NCBI GenBank assembly: GCA_002269645.1
Contig: NIVC01000646.1
Span: 416,616-480,615, forward strand
DNA: 64,000 bases
Origin: Macrostomum lignano
Taxonomy: Eukaryota
Direction of reading: 5' to 3'
Shown here: one piece after another, positions 37,179-51,750 of the stretch
Layout of the letters: every line of letters begins with the position of its first letter
How positions within the stretch are numbered: the first letter of the stretch is position 1
The notes under the pieces: generated by a model
The model's database searches: none
Told to the model about the DNA's origin: nothing
The model's input: the letters and a program-made list of their open reading frames with translations, nothing else
Made by a program: the position numbers and the translations under genes

Positions 37179-37586
37179 AGAAGTCAGAAGACACAGCAGT
37201 GAAAAGCGATACAAAGCAGATAAAAAAGAACTCATTAAATACGCATCAACATTAGCTGAAAAGAAGAAATTAATCTAGCAACAGATTTACTTATTTTCGA
37301 ATCAGTAAGTATTGGACCAGCAAGTCAAACAAAGCTACTGCAAGTAGCCCAAAAGCGATATGCAAATAAAAGAATTCAATTTCTACGCTTGTACATTGAT
37401 CAAAAGCATTTCGCTTTTTTTAGATACAATTTTGCACGTTTGCCTGGATGATTAAAAACATGCACTATATGACAAGTTTGAATGATATAGACAGGACAGC
37501 TGATCAACATCTCTCGCATACAGTGAGTGAGAGAGAGACAAATGCCGCGCACAAAACCAGAAGGACATGCAGAGCCGGACAGCTGA

Positions 37587-38289
37587 TCAAATCCGACTCT
37601 CGATCTCTTCAAGCGGCGGCGGCTCGTGCGCCGGGAACTGGTCGTGATAGGTCAGGGGTTCGATTCCAGTAGCCGGGGCAGCGGAGGTCGACGCAGCGGA
37701 GTCTGCGGCGGGAGCGACAATGATGGTTGGAGGCGGCGTGTGCATCGGCTGCTGCTGCTGGCCATAGTCGGCGATCTCCCCGCCAACTAAGAACGTGGAG
37801 GCGGCATTCGGACTATAGTTGTTATTGTTGCCATGGTAACTGTGCGAGCCGCTGTATGACGCCGTCTCGTCGTTATTAGCAGCGGCCGCTCTTGCAGCTC
37901 TGGCCGCCTCCCACTGGCTGAGGGCGCGAAGGGGGAAGCCGGCCAGGCCCGACAGCGCCAGCAGGGCGCCGGCTGCGTAGAAGGAGGCCGCCAGGCCCGG
38001 CCCGCCCACCGGCCCCAGAGCCGCCGCCGGCGCCCAGCCATTGGCGAAGGCGGCTGTCAAAGGTGGCCCGACGACCAGGCCGGCGCCTTGGATCAGCAGG
38101 AGGAGGCCGAAGGCGTTGGTCAGGCGGTCCAAGCCCATCAGGTCCACCACCAGAATGGTGCGTAGGGAGGTCCATGCGGCTGCGGCGGCGGGTGGGGCAA
38201 TGGATGAGCGGCTACACAGACAGACAGACAGAGAGACAGACAGACAGACAGACAGACAGCCAGACAGACAGACAGACAGACAGACACTA

Positions 38290-38354
<65 letters not shown>

Positions 38355-38377
38355 CAGATAGACAGACACACAGACAC

Positions 38378-38464
<87 letters not shown>

Positions 38465-38467
38465 CTA

Positions 38468-38503
<36 letters not shown>

Positions 38504-38561
38504 TGAGACAGACACACAGACAGACAGACAGACACACAGACAGACAGACAGACAGACAGTC

Positions 38562-38625
<64 letters not shown>

Positions 38626-38789
38626 TGAGACAGACACACAGACAGACAGACAGACAGACAGACAGAAAGACAGACAGACAGACAGACTGACAGACAGACA
38701 GACAGACACAGATAGACAGACACACAGACAGACAGACAGACAGACAGGCAGACAGACAGACAGACAGACAGACAGACTGAGACAGACAC

Positions 38790-38844
<55 letters not shown>

Positions 38845-38898
38845 CAAACAGACACAAACAGACACAAACAGACAGACAGACAGCCGGACAGACAGCCG

Positions 38899-38934
<36 letters not shown>

Positions 38935-41900
38935 CAGACAGACAGACAGACAGACACAGACAGACAGACAGACAGACAGACACAGACAGACAGACAGACA
39001 CAGACAGACAGACAGACACAGACAGACATACAGACAAACGCACAGACAGACACTCACAGGTGAAGACTCCATAGCAACAGGCGCAGACAGCCAGCGAGGT
39101 GAAGCTGTCGAACAGGGGCACGGCAGCGGTGGCCAGCCCGGCGCCAATGAGGGTGAGGTTGTTGACCCACAGACAGTCGGACCAGGACCGATCGCCAGCC
39201 CAGGCTAGAGACGAAATGGGCAGCGTGAGGCGGCATTGAGCACAGAAGCAAATACAAGTAACTAAAAGTACATAAGGACACGAAAACAAGCGCATGCTTA
39301 AAGTTTAAAAATAAACCTGAGGAGCTAATGACTCACTTAATTACTTATACTGGAGTAGAGGGCGGGCACTGTAAGTTGCGCAGCACAAGCATGGTTAAAA
39401 TCTATTTATTTATCATCAAGCAAGTTATCAAGTTAAATTTATTAAGCGCTTCGTACAGCTTTTACTAAGAATAAGCAGTGTTTGGCATTAATAATATCAA
39501 TAGAAATTCCGGTTAAGAAAGTTTTCATTCATTTGCAATTATATTTTTTCATGAATTTTGGATAAATTGAAATCTAAATAACATACACAACAGCGAAAGT
39601 TTTAAGACTTCTCGGAATATTAAATTAGATTCAAAAACAGCTTAGAATTGTTTAAAACTGTTAAACTGTTGATTTCTGCCTAAATCACAGGCCTCGCAGA
39701 CCTAAATGTTTGTTTCCTTGAAAGGCTTAAAATTTCCCGAAAAATAATAAAAAATCATGCGGGTTTAATGTCTTTTTAAATACTTTTCTAATAAAATAGA
39801 AAATATCCCTTCAATAAAAATGGAATCAATGATAATAAGTTATCCATATTGTTAGTAGTTAGTCCCAATGACAGACTAGAATGAATAGCTAGTTATGTCA
39901 CTCGTATTAATTGTTGTGAAAAAAATTACGAGTAAAGTGTCAACTCTATTTTCAGTAGTTTGTCTGCGCAATGTCACTTAAATTTAATGTGGCAGCTAAA
40001 ACTTCCGTTTCTGCCTTGGGGTTTGCCGCCTCAGGAGCATAGGGGGTCAAGCATTTAACAACAAGACTTGATGTACACAAGCGAACAGGACGGACGAAAC
40101 TCAGCCTAGGGGACAAGCCCAATCTAGAGGTCAAAGTCAGACGGGGACGAAACTCAGCCTAGGGGGGCAGGCCCAATCTAGCTCAACCAATAAGAGAGCA
40201 GTAAGGAAAGAGGTCAGAGTTAGACGAACGAAACTCAGCCTAGGGGGGCAGGCCTAATTTGGCCCAGCCAATGAGAGACCAGTAAAGAGAGAGGCCAAAG
40301 TCAGACGGGGACGAAACTCAGCCTTGGGGGCAGGCCCAATCTAGCTCAGCCAATGAGAGAGCAGTAAGGAGAAGGGAGAAGTCAGACACAATCGGGGCAA
40401 GAGGAAAGACTAACTGTTTATCGGGCTGGCTAGGCTGGGACGCCACACATTGCTCTCTTGCTTGCTCTGCACACGCACTGGATTTAGTGTTTTTCAAGTT
40501 TTCCCGCAATCTGCATTCTTTAATTCATATTTTTTTAAATTCCTGTTGTTGCAGTCAATAACTAAATGTGTAAATTTTAGAAACTTTCTAATTTACGAGC
40601 ATAAAAGAAAGATACTGCTCATTTTGCTACTGAAGAAAAAGTAGTTTTGCAAGTGACACATCTAGTTATTCCAGTATCTGTGGGCTCAATCAAGAGCCAG
40701 TTAATCGCAAACAACTACTGTATTTGGACACGCGCGAAATCCAGAAGCAGAAATCTAATTGATTTACTTACACGACTTCTTCTGAATAATGATAGCTAAA
40801 AAAGAAAGGTTAATAAAACATGTTGATAGATATTGTGCGCAATTTAATGTTTTAAAGTGCAGATAAACTTTGAACTTTTGATTTTTTTGCCAAAAAAGCA
40901 CAATTCATTTAAACATAGAAATCATATATTAATAATGGTTAAATAAATGTGTTGCATAACTATCTAATAACACGCTAGATAAATATAAAGTCATATTTAG
41001 TTAATACCTGTGAAAATACTACTGATGGATCTGTTCTAATCGTGAGTAGTAGTGAAGTGTGCATATCAAGCAACAACAGTATTATTTTAGATTACGCCTT
41101 TGAACATTAGAGCAAATTAAAAGTGAATAAGCTCAAATGAGTTTGCCTTCGCCAACAGAAGTCAAAGCAATTAGAAAAAAGCAGAAACGACTATGCACTA
41201 ATATATAATTGATTAATAAGTTCTAACCCTCACCAAATAGCATTCGGCCTGCGCTATTAGCGATCCCAGTCAGCACTAGCAGGTTGGTTGCCTCTGCTGA
41301 GCTTATTCCGCGTGTGATTGCGTAAGGCCGGATCAGGTGATAGAACTGCAGGTAGCCTGGATCAGGTAGCATTTTAAACATGCTGTTAAGGCTTCAGAAA
41401 GGCAGACATCCACCCACCTAGACCACTCTCAACCCACCTGAATCATTCTCAACCCACCTGAATCGCTCATAACCCACCTGAATCACTCATAACCAACCTG
41501 AAGCGCTCATAGCCCACCTGAATCGCTCATAACCCACCTGAATCGCTCATAACCCACCTAAATCGCTAATAACCCACCTGAATCGCTCATAACCCACCTG
41601 AATCGCTCATAACCCACCTGAATCGCTCATAACCCACCTGAATCGCTCAAAACCCACCTGAATTTCTCATAACCCACCTGAATCGCTCATAACCCACCTG
41701 AATCGCTCATAACCCACCTGAATCACTCATAACCAACCTGAAGCGCTCATAGCCCACCTGAATCGCTCATAACCCACCTGAATCGCTCATAACCCACCTA
41801 AATCGCTAATAACCCACCTGAATCGCTCATAACCCACCTGAATCGCTCATAACCCACCTGAATCGCTCATAACCCACCTGAATCGCTCAAAACCCACCTG

Positions 41901-44169
41901 AATTTCTCATAACCCACCTGAATCGCTCATAACCCACCTGAATCGCTCATAACCCACCTGAATCGCTCATAGCCCACCTGAATCACCATTACCTAACCAG
42001 GAATGGCTCAGCCATTAGACCCCGCACTCACCTAGCACAGTGAACACCGAGCCAAGCATCAGCAGGCAGAAGGTTGGCGATCGCAGCATCCCAGGTGACA
42101 GCATTTTGCGCAGCGCCGATCTGGCCGGAGCCGCTGGCCGCCCGGCGTCGACCGGCACCGTGGTGGCCGAGCGATAGAAATCTCGGCCACCGGCGCCACC
42201 GCCCCCGCCAGCAGCGCCGGGGGCCCGCGTGGCCCGACAGTACTCGGCAACGTGGCGCAGCGAGCCGGAATGGAATACGTCTTTGCGATTGAGCGGTCGG
42301 AGCACTTCCCGACGCAGCGAACGGCCGATAGCCTCGCGAACCTGCGGCAGCAATAAAGCATTTTAAATAAAACAGTCACTGTGGCTGTTTTGTTCAGGGT
42401 CACCATGCTACCGTTTACTGTGACTGTTTTGTTAAGGGTCTCAATGCTACCGTTCACTGTGACTGTTTTGTTCAGGGTCACCATGTTACCGTTCACTGTG
42501 ACTGTTTTGTTCAGGGTCACCATGTTACCGTTCACTGTGACTGTTTTGTTCAGGGTCTCCATGCTACCATTCACTGTCAAATATGGCCTAGGTACCCTCT
42601 AGATAGCTAGAGCGCCCACCTCCTCGGTGATTTCAGTCGAGCCGCTCAGCAGAGCCATCGCAGCCCCGTTGATTGCCGCCGGCCCGCCAGCTGCCGAAGT
42701 TGCCGTGCCGGCTAGAGACGTGCCCGACGCAAAATTCGATTGATCAGGCGTCGGAACTTCGGAATTGAGCGCCGTGTGCGGCTGCAGCGGCGCGCCGACC
42801 AGATGCGGCTGATTCGCTGCCGGATCATTGCTGCTGACGCCGCCGACTGCTAGAGAAGTTTGGCTTTGGGCGAAGTCGCCGACGCCTGCGCCGCCGCTAA
42901 TGCCTCCGCTCACGCCGCTGACGCCGCCGCCTCCGCCTCTGACGGTAGCAGCCAGCTGAGACAGGCTGCCCTTGGCTGTGGCGGCCGCCTCGGCCAGGAA
43001 GCTGTGCCTGCTAGTTAAACGACGCGATCCTGCGCCGGAAGCAGCCGCAGCCGCTGTCGCAGCAGAATAGCCGGGCGTTTTCCTGCGCAGAACATTCTCG
43101 GCTATGCGGTGGATCGCCTCCATGCTGAGCATTGGCCGGTCATCAAAGTCTGGGGGCGGCGGCTCCACCCGATTAGCCGTAGTGATGATCCAGCCGTTTA
43201 GGGAGCCCTGCGTTGGTTAGTGAGAGATTAGGGCTGCCTCTGCGCACCGGTTTTATGGGGAATCTAAGGACGGGCTAGTGGGGAATTTAAGCATTGGCTA
43301 GTGGGGAATCTGAGCATTGGATAGTGGGGAATCTGAGCATTGGCTAGTGGGGAATCTGAGCATTGGATAGTGGGGAATCTGAGCATTGGCTAGTGGGGAA
43401 TCTGAGCATTGGATAGTGGGGAATCTGAGCATTGGCTAGTGGGGAATCTGAGCATTGGCTTATGGGGAATCTGAGGACTGGCTAGTGGGGTATCTGAGCA
43501 CTGGCTACTGGGGAATTTGGGCACTGGCTAGTGGGGAATCTGAGGACTGGCTAGTGGGGAATCTGAGCACTGGCTACTGGGAATCTGAGGACTGACTCAT
43601 GGGAAATCTGAGGATTGGCTAGAGAGGAATCTGAGGACTGGCTTATGGGGAATTTCAGGACTGGCTCATGGGTAATCTGAGGACCGGTTCTAATTGCTAA
43701 AATTTAAATTTTAAGGCCGCGCACAAAAAGTCGCCCACCGCTCACCTGGCTAATATTTCTCTCACGCTTCTTATTCTCCACCAGCTTCCGCATGATGTTC
43801 CCCTTGACGCGCGGCTCGCCGCGGGCCAGCCGGCGCAGCTCCCGCTTAGCCAGGATGTCGTAGTAGCGATCCAGCGGCATCAGCAGGGAGCCGGCGACAA
43901 CGCAGTTGAACAGCACACCGGCCAGCACCATGAGGGCGCCTCGCCAGGTCAGCTGGTCGACCAGCTGATCGGTGGCCAGGGCTACGGCGGCCGTGCCGAC
44001 GCCACTGCCGCAGACGCCGATGCCGGTGGCGATGGCTCGTCGACGCTCGAACCAGAAGCCGACAGTGACTACGGCTGGCAGGTAGACTAGGCCTAGGCTG
44101 GCGCCTGCGGGCGGAGCCGGGGTGGACGGCTACAGACACTGAGACAGACAGCCAGACAGACAGCCAGAC

Positions 44170-44226
<57 letters not shown>

Positions 44227-44317
44227 CACAGACATACAGACAGACAGACAGACACACACACAGACAGACACACAGACAGACAGACATACAGACAGACAGA
44301 CAGACAGGCAGACAGGC

Positions 44318-44354
<37 letters not shown>

Positions 44355-44453
44355 GGCAGACAGGCAGACAGACAGACAGACAGGCAGGCAGGCAGCCAGC
44401 CAGACAGACAGACAGACAGACAGACAGACAGGCAGGCAGGCAGCCAGCCAGCC

Positions 44454-44510
<57 letters not shown>

Positions 44511-47500
44511 GGCAGACGCGAGCAGAGTACAGCTTGTATGCTGGGAATTCGAAGTCAACAAAAAGAGGACAAATCAGCTATTTATAGACAATATCTGGTT
44601 TGAAAAGCAGGGGCATAAGCAATCCAATGTTTTTATCATGGCTGGCGCAGTCTATGCTGTAATACAATACTTCAGTATATATGGCAGTTTTTTATTCACT
44701 CTAGCGAGCCTCCCACATCTGTTTGTGACGGGAGGTTTGCTATCAAATTGCACAGCCGGCGCATAAATACGAGGTTTAGCGGCAGCTATGCCAGCCCAAA
44801 TGGATGAACTAGTTTAGTACAAACCATGAGCTACCAATGTGAAATACTGGCGAGTGTTAAACTAATGTGTAAATTTATTTCCTATTCTATGGGAGCTGAT
44901 TAAAATTGCGTACATTTGATAATTTTTGTAGTCTACCCAGCTAGCTGCGTATGGGACAGCTCTGAGCAAAATAGTTATAGAAAATGAACACAATGCATTT
45001 CTCTCAGGAGACTCCGCCCATGTGATGGAGGGTGAAGAGGGAAGAGGAGATGGAGGGTGAAGAGTTGAGAGGAGATGGAGGGTGAAGAAGGGAGAGGAGA
45101 TGGAGGGTGAAGAGTTGAGAGGAGATGGAGGGTGAAGAGTTGAGAGGAGATGGAGGGTGAAGAGTTGAGAGCAGATGGAGGGTGAAGAGTTGAGAGGAGA
45201 TGGAGGGTGAAGAGTTGAGAGGAGATGGAGGGTGAAGAGTTGAGAGGAGATGGAGGGTGAAGAGTTGAGAGGAGATGGAGGGTGAAGAGTTGAGAGGAGA
45301 TGGAGGGTGAAGAAGGGAGAGGAGATGGAGGGTGAAGAGTTGAGAGCAGATGGAGGGTGAAGAGTTGAGAGGAGATGGAGGGTGAAGAGTTGAGAGGAGA
45401 TGGAGGGTGAAGAGTTGAGAGGAGATGGAGGGTGAAGAGTTGAGAGGAGATGGAGGGTGAAGAGTTGAGAGGAGATGGAGGGTGAAGAGGGGAGAGGAGA
45501 TGGAGGGTGAAGAATTGAGGGGAGATGGAGGGTGAAGAGTTGAGAGGAGATGGAGGGTGAAGAGTTGAGAGGAGATGGAGGGTGAAGAGTTGAGAGGAGA
45601 TGGAGGGTGAAGAGTTGAGAGCAGATGGAGGGTGAAGAGTTGAGAGGAGATGGAGGGTGAAGAGTTGAGAGGAGATGGAGGGTGAAGAGTTGAGAGGAGA
45701 TGGAGGGTGAAGAGTTGAGAGGAGATGGAGGGTGAAGAGTTGAGAGGAGATGGAGGGTGAAGAGTTGAGAGGAGATGGAGGGTGAAGAGTTGAGAGGAGA
45801 TGGAGGGTGAAGAGTTGAGAGGAGATGGAGGGTGAAGAGTTGAGAGGAGATGGAGGGTGAAGAAGGGAGAGGAGATGGAGGGTGAAGAGTTGAGAGCAGA
45901 TGGAGGGTGAAGAGTTGAGAGGAGATGGAGGGTGAAGAGTTGAGAGGAGATGGAGGGTGAAGAGTTGAGAGGAGATGCAGGGTGAAGAGTTGAGAGGAGA
46001 TGGAGGGTGAAGAGTTGAGAGGAGATGGAGGGTGAAGAGGGGAGAGGAGATGGAGGGTGAAGAATTGAGGGGGTGGAGGGTGACGAGGGGAGAGAAGATG
46101 GAGGGTGAGGAGGTGAGAGGAGATGGAGGGTGAAGAGGGGGAGGAGATAGATGTTGAAGAGTTGAGAGGAGATGAAGGGTGAAGAGGGGGGAGGTGATGG
46201 AGGGTGAAGAGTTGAGAGGAGATGGAGGGTGAAGGAGGGTGAAGAGGGGAGGAGATGGAGGGTGAAGAGGGGGGAGGTGATGGAGGGTGAAGAGTTGAGA
46301 GGAGATGGAGGGTGAAAAGGGGGGTGATGGAGGGTGAAGAGTTGAGAGGAGATGGAGGGTGAAAAGGGGGGAGGTGATGGAGGGTGAAGAGTTGAGAGGA
46401 GATGGAGGGTGAAGGAGGGTGAAGAGGGGAGGAGATGGAGGGTGAAGAGGGGGTGATGGAGGGTGAAGAATGGAGAGATGGAGGGTGAAGAATTGGGAGG
46501 GGAGAGGAGATGGAGGGTGAAGAATGGAGGGAAGGAGAGTAGATATAAGTAGAGCAAAGAGAAGGGTGAGAAAAATTATATTTCAACTGAACAGAAGGAC
46601 ACAGGTAATAAATTTATTTTCCTACAAGCGTCCAACAGAGAGTTGCTAAACATAAATTTTCATCTTTTATCTTATGCAAATTTGGATTAATTTTCAGTTA
46701 ACAAAAACGCGAAACGACAGGATGGCACACAAAAAGATGCGGGAGAAGCAGATAGCAACACACAGAAGCCATTTGACAGTCGGGCAATTAATTAATTAGG
46801 CTTAAATAGCTAGTTCCGACATGGCAGTCACTGAGAGAGGAGGAGGAGAATGAAAAGAGAACGGCACATGGGAAATCGAACCAACGCACGTAATGGGACT
46901 GAACACAATTAAAAGTACATTACGAGTAGCATAGTAGAAAAGAGAATTTTACACTGTTAAATCTAGCCTAGTAGGCTGGTGCCATAATATATAATCTAAA
47001 CTACTAACAGTAGGCTTTAATTCACTTTTATAAACTGTACGCGTACGTCCTAAAAAGTGCACTAGCACTGAAAGCAGACAGAACTGGGAACAGGCGCTTA
47101 AGATAAGAACTAAGCGTACTAGGGTTCCGAACTGTTTTGCTTCAGTTACCTATTTATATGTGACAGGATACCGGTGAAACATAATGGCACATTCATGTGA
47201 GTTGGAGTGGCTCATTCATGTAAACCAGAGCGACACATTCACGCGAACCAGAGTGACACATTTATGTGAGTCAGAGTGACATATTTATGTGAGTCAGAGT
47301 GACATATTTATGTGAGTCAGAGTGACACATTTATGTGAACAAGAGTGACGCATCAAAGTGAGTGACAGATCTAAATGAACCAGAGTGACAGATTTACTAG
47401 AACCTGAGTGACAGATCTACATGAACCAGAGTGACAGATTTACTAGAACCTGAGTGACAGATTTACTAGAATCAGAGTGACAGACCTACAGGAACCAGAG

Positions 47501-49104
47501 TGACAGATTTACTAGAATCAGAGTGACAGACCTACATGAACCAGAGTGACAGATTTACTAGAACCTGAGTGACAGATCTACATGATCCAGAGTGACAGAT
47601 TTACTAGAACCTGAGTGACAGATTTACTAGAATCAGAGTGACAGACCTACATGAACCAGAGTGACAGATTTACTAGAACTTGAGTGACAGATCCACATAA
47701 ATAAGTGACAGATATCAGTCAACAGTACACATGACGAGCGACTCACCGCCAAGGACGCCGAACACGAACACGAATGCATAATAGTTGGTGACAAAGGAGG
47801 CCCCGCAGAAGACGGCAGCGGAGGCCGCGGCGCCCAGCATAATGATGGGCCGGCAGCCGAATGTGTTGGCCAAGGCGGAGCTCGTGGGGCCTGGGGCAGG
47901 GTCGGTGGGAGAGGCTTTTTGATATGCACTGCAACCATTAGCTTATGGACATGACCGGAGCAATACTCGTAAGAAGTAATCATACAGTTATTATATTCTC
48001 GCAATAATTATTGACCATCTGAGAATGCAAAGTAAATAGTAATAGTAAATAATACAGAAATAAAGATCGGGGCGATTATCATTGTTTTGTACATATAGTG
48101 ACACATCAACAAAGACAGACAGACAGACAGGCAGGCAGATAGACAGGCAGGCAGGCAGGCAGACAGACAGACACTAAGACAGACAGACGGACACTAACAC
48201 AGACACTAAGACAGACAGACACTAAGACAGACAGACGGACACTAACACAGACACTAAGACAGACACTAAGAGAGACACTAAGGCAGACACTAAGACAGAC
48301 ACTAAGACAGACACTAAGACAGACACTAAGACAGACACTAAGACAGACACTAAGACAGACACTAAGACAGACACTAAGAGAGACACTAAGACAGACACTA
48401 AGAGAGACACTAAGACAGACACTAAGAGAGACACTAAGACAGACACTAAGAGAGACACTAAGACAGAGAGACACTAAGACAGACACTAAGAGCGACACTA
48501 AGACAGAGAGACGGACACTAACACAGACACTAAGACAGACACTAAGACAGACACTAAGAGAGACACTAAGACAGACACTAAGAGAGACACTAAGACAGAG
48601 AGACGGACACTAAGACAGACACTAAGACAGACACTAAGAGAGACACTAAGACAGAGAGACACTAAGACAGACACTAAGAGCGACACTAAGACAGAGAGAC
48701 GGACACTAACACAGACACTAAGACAGACACTAAGACAGACACTAAGAGAGACACTAAGACAGACACTAAGAGAGACACTAAGACAGAGAGACGGACACTA
48801 AGACAGACACTAAGACAGACACTAAGAGAGACACTAAGACAGAGAGACACTAAGACAGACACTAAGAGCGACACTAAGACAGAGAGACGGACACTAACAC
48901 AGACACTAAGACAGACACTAAGACAGACACTAAGAGAGACACTAAGACAGACACTAAGAGAGACACTAAGACAGAGAGACGGACACTAACACAGACACTA
49001 AGATAGACACTAACACAGACACTAAGACAGACACTAAGACAGACACTAAGACAGACACTAAGACAGACAGACACTAAGACAGACACTAAGACAGACAGAC
49101 ACTA

Positions 49105-49141
<37 letters not shown>

Positions 49142-51027
49142 CTAAGACAGAGAGAGACACTAAGACAGACAGACAGACACTAACACAGACACTAAGACAG
49201 ACACTAAAACAGACACTAAGATAGACACTAAGACAGACACTAAGACAGACACTAAGAGAGACACAGACAGACATGCAGTCAGCCAGACAACAAAGTAGGC
49301 AAAAAGTTAACCGAAAAAACACAGCCATTCGGGCATGCCATAAACAGACAGCAGCAGCAATAGCAGGCTATTTATCAAGAGTTCAGTTAAAGAGGCGCAG
49401 CTTATCAACACACATTTGTCAGCACATACGACTCGATAATAAATACGAATAGTGTAATTATGTGGTATCGAAGGGCGCGGGGCCGATCCGGCCAGATGAA
49501 AACCCCGCTACTTAGATAAGCAGCAAAACACACGGCTGCATTGGTTCTGTCAATACGAATACGAGCATTTCTAGTTGACCTCGACTGAACTTTTTTAGCT
49601 CGTACAGGCAAAATCAGGCATCAAGTTTATGCAATAGAAATTTATACAGCGACAACAACCCGGCCTAAAATAGAAACATATCAGCATTCAAATTTCTGCG
49701 ATCATAAAGAAGAAAGCGGCTGCTTTTACTCGTACTATTGCCTTATGTTTCGAATGCGGGCTCCACAGGAATGGCGGGTTAATGGCGGAATGTAGCGAAA
49801 AAAAATTACGCTTTGGGCCGGATCCAGTGCAGGCTTTTCTCGCTTCTATCGCTTTTTTAACTTTTGCTCGGAACTTTATCACCGTGTTGAAGCCGAGGAG
49901 ATGACCCGGATTCGAGCCCAGCTATCTGTGTTGGGCTTTACAAATCTATTTATGAACTTTACAATTCATAAGACTGATGGCGGGGGGAGCAGCTGGTCAC
50001 GCCACTCTCGACCATGAGGACTAACTAGCTGACTAACTGACTGACTAACTGACTAAATGACTAACTGACTAAATGACTGACTAACTAACTAAATGACTAA
50101 CTAACTGACTAACTGACTAACTAACTAAATGACTGACTAACTGACTAACTGACTGACTAACTGACTAACTGACTGACTAACTAACTGACTAACTAGCTAG
50201 CTGACTAACTGACTGACTGACTAACTGACTAACTGACTAACTAACTAAATGACTAACTAACTGACTAACTGACTGACTAACTGACTGACTAACTAGCTAG
50301 CTGACTAACTGACTAACTGACTAACTGACTGACTAACTAACTAACTGACTAACTAACTGACTAACTAACTAAATGACTGACTAAATGACTAACTGACTGA
50401 CTAACTGACTGACTAACTAGCTAACTGACTAACTGACTGACTAACTAACTAACTGACTAACTAACTGACTAACTAGCTAACTGACTAACTAACTAACTAA
50501 CTGACTGACTAACTAACTAACTGACTAACTAACTAACTAACTGACTAACTGACTGACTGACTAACTAACTAACTGACTAACTAACTAACTAACTAACTGA
50601 CTAACTAACTAACTAACTAACTGACTAACTGACTGACTAACTAACTGACTAACTAGCTAGCTGACTAACTGACTGACTGACTAACTGACTGACTAACTAG
50701 CTAACTGACTAACTAACTAACTGACTAACTGACTGACTAACTAACTGACTAACTAGCTAACTGACTAACTAGCTAGCTGACTAACTGACTGACTGACTAA
50801 CTAACTGACTGACTAACTAACTGACTAACTGACTGACTAACTAACTAACTAGCTAGCTGACTAACTGACTAACTAACTAACTAATTAACTAACTAACTGA
50901 CTAACTAACTAACTAACTAACTAACTGACTAACTAACTGACTGACTAACTAACTGACTAACTAACTAACTGACTAACTGACTGACTAACTAACTGACTAA
51001 CTGACTAACTGACTAACTAGCTAGCTG

Positions 51028-51074
<47 letters not shown>

Positions 51075-51131
51075 GACTAACTAACTAACTAACTAACTAA
51101 CTGACTAACTAGCTGACTGACTAACTAAAGG

Positions 51132-51166
<35 letters not shown>

Positions 51167-51167
51167 G

Positions 51168-51198
<31 letters not shown>

Positions 51199-51750
51199 GA
51201 CTGACTAACTAACTAACTAACTAACTGACTAACTAACTAACTGACTAGATAACTGACTAACTGAGTAATTAACTAACTAACTAGCTAAAAATCTAACCAA
51301 CAGTACTAGCTATTTAACTAACAATTTAACTAATGATTAAGGAGCTAATGAACTCCAATTGAACTCACCAAACAGCATGTAGACGCCAAACACGGTGCTG
51401 CCGATCAGAGACAGCTCTGCCGGCCCCCTGCCAGCAAAGGATTCGCTAATCCGGTCGCGAGCTACGCTAAAAAACGAATAGCAAAAGCCGTCAACAAGGC
51501 CGTGGCAGAGGAATGCGCCAAGCACAATGAACCAAGCGTAGCCCTTGTCCGGCGGGCTGGGAGGCCCGGCCGCGTCCACACCAGCCGGTGGCAGCGACGC
51601 TGTCGCCTGGGGAGGATTGGGATTCGGCGAAGTAAAATAACTGTAGGATTCTGCCGCTGACTGCGGCGGCTGCTGATGCTGAGGGTCTGGTGGTTCGGCA
51701 ACCACCTGGCCAGCAGCTGCAGGCGGCTGCTGCTGCTGCGGATTCGTCAT
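37587..51750 (-). CDS. SLC16: SLC16/monocarboxylate-transporter family MFS protein: exons 51369-51750, 47747-47890, 43746-44104, 42620-43207, 42032-42341, 41234-41356, 39058-39204, 37587-38179 (2646 nt, 881 aa)
   Basis: [11 protein letters not shown] (MCT motif 1), [56 protein letters not shown]. Long central loop. All seven introns are GT-AG with matching phases. Confidence 0.93.
38215..39050. repeat. (CAGA)n filling the last SLC16 intron
   Basis: Direct reading. Confidence 0.95.
40085..40375. repeat. Four-copy 53-83-bp repeat with CCAAT-like motifs
   Basis: GACGAAACTCAGCCTAGGGG recurs four times. Confidence 0.8.
41415..41985. repeat. 20-bp minisatellite (sense strand ...TTCAGGTGGGT...)
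   Basis: Unit ACCCACCTGAATCGCTCATA, about 28 copies. Confidence 0.95.
42375..42580. repeat. 39-bp repeat, about 5 copies, filling an SLC16 intron
   Basis: Period 39 (42378 to 42417). Confidence 0.9.
43255..43690. repeat. 23-bp minisatellite
   Basis: CTAGTGGGGAATCTGAGCATTGG units. Confidence 0.9.
44135..44515. repeat. (CAGA)n just upstream of an SLC16 acceptor
   Basis: Direct reading. Confidence 0.95.
45022..46540. repeat. 25-bp purine minisatellite
   Basis: Unit GATGGAGGGTGAAGAGTTGAGAGGA. Confidence 0.95.
47230..47715. repeat. ~23-bp minisatellite
   Basis: CAGAGTGACAGATTTACTAGAAC-like units. Confidence 0.9.
48110..49275. repeat. (CAGA)n grading into 12-bp GACACTAAGACA with 188-bp higher-order copies
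   Basis: Identical ORFs at 48498 and 48686 show the 188-bp period. Confidence 0.92.
50018..51335. repeat. (ACTA/ACTG)n compound tetranucleotide array
   Basis: Direct reading; starts about 30 nt after the SLC16 exon 1 donor. Confidence 0.95.

Noticed and set aside
49885-50015. tRNA gene
   Set aside because: Only a degenerate B-box-like and A-box-like pair about 100 nt apart; no cloverleaf.
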